Virus record (IMG/VR): IMGVR_UViG_3300045256_000127
Reading direction: 5' to 3' (one strand)
Origin: a virus
Lineage: Duplodnaviria; Heunggongvirae; Uroviricota; Caudoviricetes
Length of the DNA: 64,000 bases
The notes under the pieces were generated by a model. It was not told the origin of the DNA. It did not search any database and saw nothing but the letters and a program-made list of their open reading frames with translations. Below are positions 62,360-64,000 of the stretch, one piece after another. Position 1 is the stretch's first letter. Each line of letters opens with the position of its first letter. Position numbers and translations under genes: made by a program.

Positions 62360-63445
62360 ATGCCGATCAACTACCAGATTAAGAACACGACTTCCGGGTG
62401 CCAGCCGGAGCAATGCCCAGACGAGTTCGGTTGTCCGCCGGGGGTCTGCCCCGACTTCACGATTCGTCGCCACGATACCCGCCCGCCGTTCAAGGTTCTC
62501 GTCGAGGACTGCGACGGGGCACTGAACGTCCAGGGACTCATCGTCGAAGTGAACATGTGGGCCAACGCCAAGTTGCGTAAGGCCATCACCACCGAGGACA
62601 CCTACTTCCAACTCGCCGACAACATCGGGTTCAACCAAGTCATGATCGGCGACATCATCCAGATGGACCGGGTACGGCAGCCCGAGTACATGCTGGTCAC
62701 GGGGTTCGACGAGGAGAACAAGTTCATCCAGGTCGAACGGGGCTATCGTGGCACCACCCCGAGCAACTGGAAGAAGGGCAACAAGATGCGAATCTTCCGC
62801 ATCATGAACGCCCCGGCCGAAACCGAACTGGTGTTCGACGACATTACAGAACCGGACGGCACGACCCAGAAGGACGTGTTGCAGGAAGCCTACTTGGTAT
62901 ACAACTGGAAGGCCGAGGACACCTGCCTGCCGGGCTGCTACTGGTTGGAGTTCAAGGTTCTGAAGATGCAGGACTTGGTGCTGTGGCTGCCCGGCGGTCT
63001 GTGGGCTGGTCCGGTCCACCAGGAGGCCGACGGTTTCTTCTACACCGGCACGGACCAGACCGAGAGTTCTGTAAGACTCTCCTACGACTCGGTACATGAC
63101 AAATACGTCCTGCCGAGTTCCGCCTGGACCGGCGAATTCAACTATTTCTCTGGATATTACTACACGGGCCTTGTCATCAACGACGGCTCTGTGCTATTAA
63201 ATCGTAACGACATCCCCGTCAGCGACGATACAACGATTTCCTCTGTATCCACCGTTGAGGAAGATGTTACAATGATGGCCCTGGCGACTTCCGTAACGCC
63301 GAGCTTCACCGAGTACCCCGACCCGACTCTGTGGAACTACTACTTCGGCTGCGTGTTGGGCGAGGGGGTCGAATGGGAGCGACGGTTCCCGGTCAACCAC
63401 GAAGGGTTCTTGATTAAGATCACGAACTCATACACACCGGAATAA
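62360..63445 (+). CDS. hypothetical protein with a Cys-rich N-terminus (possible virion/structural protein)
   Basis: 361-aa ORF. N-terminal CQPEQCPDEFGCPPGVCPD. Confidence 0.5.
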   Translation: MPINYQIKNTTSGCQPEQCPDEFGCPPGVCPDFTIRRHDTRPPFKVLVEDCDGALNVQGLIVEVNMWANAKLRKAITTEDTYFQLADNIGFNQVMIGDIIQMDRVRQPEYMLVTGFDEENKFIQVERGYRGTTPSNWKKGNKMRIFRIMNAPAETELVFDDITEPDGTTQKDVLQEAYLVYNWKAEDTCLPGCYWLEFKVLKMQDLVLWLPGGLWAGPVHQEADGFFYTGTDQTESSVRLSYDSVHDKYVLPSSAWTGEFNYFSGYYYTGLVINDGSVLLNRNDIPVSDDTTISSVSTVEEDVTMMALATSVTPSFTEYPDPTLWNYYFGCVLGEGVEWERRFPVNHEGFLIKITNSYTPE

Positions 63446-63455
63446 GGGGAATTGA

Positions 63456-64000
63456 ATGTCGAGCGTTGCCGACTTCCTGATCGAAAGACTTGAGAACGCA
63501 GGTGTAAAGCACGTCTTCGGGCTGCCCGGAGACTACGTTCTCGACTTCTACGACAAGCTCTGGAACAACCCGAAGATTGACGTAGTGAACACCACCGACG
63601 AGGCTCACGCCGGTTTTGCGGCCGACGCCTACGCCCGTGTCACCGGCATTGGATGCGTCTGCGTGACGTACAACGTCGGGGCACTGAAGATCGCCAACTC
63701 GGTCGCCTGTGCCTACGCCGAGCGGTCCCCACTGGTCGTCATCTCCGGCTCGCCGGGCATGAAGGAACGAAACGAGGACATGCTGCTGCACCACATGGTC
63801 CGCAGCTTCAACTGCCAGAAGGAAATCTTCGAGAAGATCACCTGCGATGCCGTCGTGTTGGACAATCCGGCGATGGCGGGCTACCTGATCGACCGGGCGT
63901 TCGAGAACCTGAAGCACTACAAGCAGCCGATCTACATCGAACTGCCCCGTGACGTGGCGAACAAGCCGCTCGTGTACGACGTGTACAAGCTCGGCACCCC
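63456..64000 (+). CDS. thiamine-pyrophosphate-dependent decarboxylase, N-terminal part (pyruvate/indolepyruvate/phosphonopyruvate decarboxylase family); truncated by the window end
   Basis: AAGGGGA RBS. VADFLIERLENAGVKHVFGLPGDYVLDFYDKL parallels IpdC/PDC [32 protein letters not shown]. The ORF remains open to position 64000. Confidence 0.65.
   Translation, partial: MSSVADFLIERLENAGVKHVFGLPGDYVLDFYDKLWNNPKIDVVNTTDEAHAGFAADAYARVTGIGCVCVTYNVGALKIANSVACAYAERSPLVVISGSPGMKERNEDMLLHHMVRSFNCQKEIFEKITCDAVVLDNPAMAGYLIDRAFENLKHYKQPIYIELPRDVANKPLVYDVYKLGT

Noticed and set aside
1-64000. CRISPR arrays, rRNA genes, integrase/attachment sites and transposase/IS elements.
   Set aside because: No direct-repeat/spacer periodicity, no rRNA-like conserved stretches, and no recombinase or transposase motifs were seen. 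The only mobile-element-like genes are HNH-type endonucleases.

Overview
The window reads as part of a large, high-GC dsDNA phage genome. Genes are densely packed and mostly on the + strand, with strong GGAGG-type ribosome-binding sites and frequent TAATG/ATGA start-stop overlaps. There is a T4-like replication, recombination and nucleotide-metabolism core: a gp32-type zinc SSB, a UvsX/RecA recombinase, an SF2 Ski2/Hel308-like helicase, dNMP kinase, dCMP deaminase, ThyX and a thioredoxin. The replicative polymerase is a DnaE (Pol III alpha) homologue split into two ORFs about 12 kb apart. The intervening cargo includes a tmRNA gene with a consensus sigma70 promoter and terminator, HNH nucleases, two paralogous proteins built from about 14 copies of a Cys4 zinc-ribbon module, an ADP-ribosylglycohydrolase, lipoproteins and an AAA+ ATPase. 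The most unusual block is at 24.0-33.0 kb: a complete bacterial PrkA(YeaG) / DUF444(YeaH) / SpoVR(YcgB) module followed by a flotillin (YqiK-like) SPFH protein. Other auxiliary genes are a bifunctional HldE-like ADP-heptose synthase, two GT9 heptosyltransferase-like proteins, a cupin, a sulfotransferase, an O-methyltransferase, a ribosomal protein bS21 homologue with an RHH regulator and peptide deformylase, a DHH/DHHA1 phosphoesterase, an amidoligase behind a near-leaderless consensus promoter, an sHSP behind a CIRCE-like palindrome, and the 5' end of a TPP-dependent decarboxylase. Several long minus-strand ORFs antisense to these genes are high-GC no-stop artefacts and are not called. All functional calls rest on motif recognition from memory, not on database searches.
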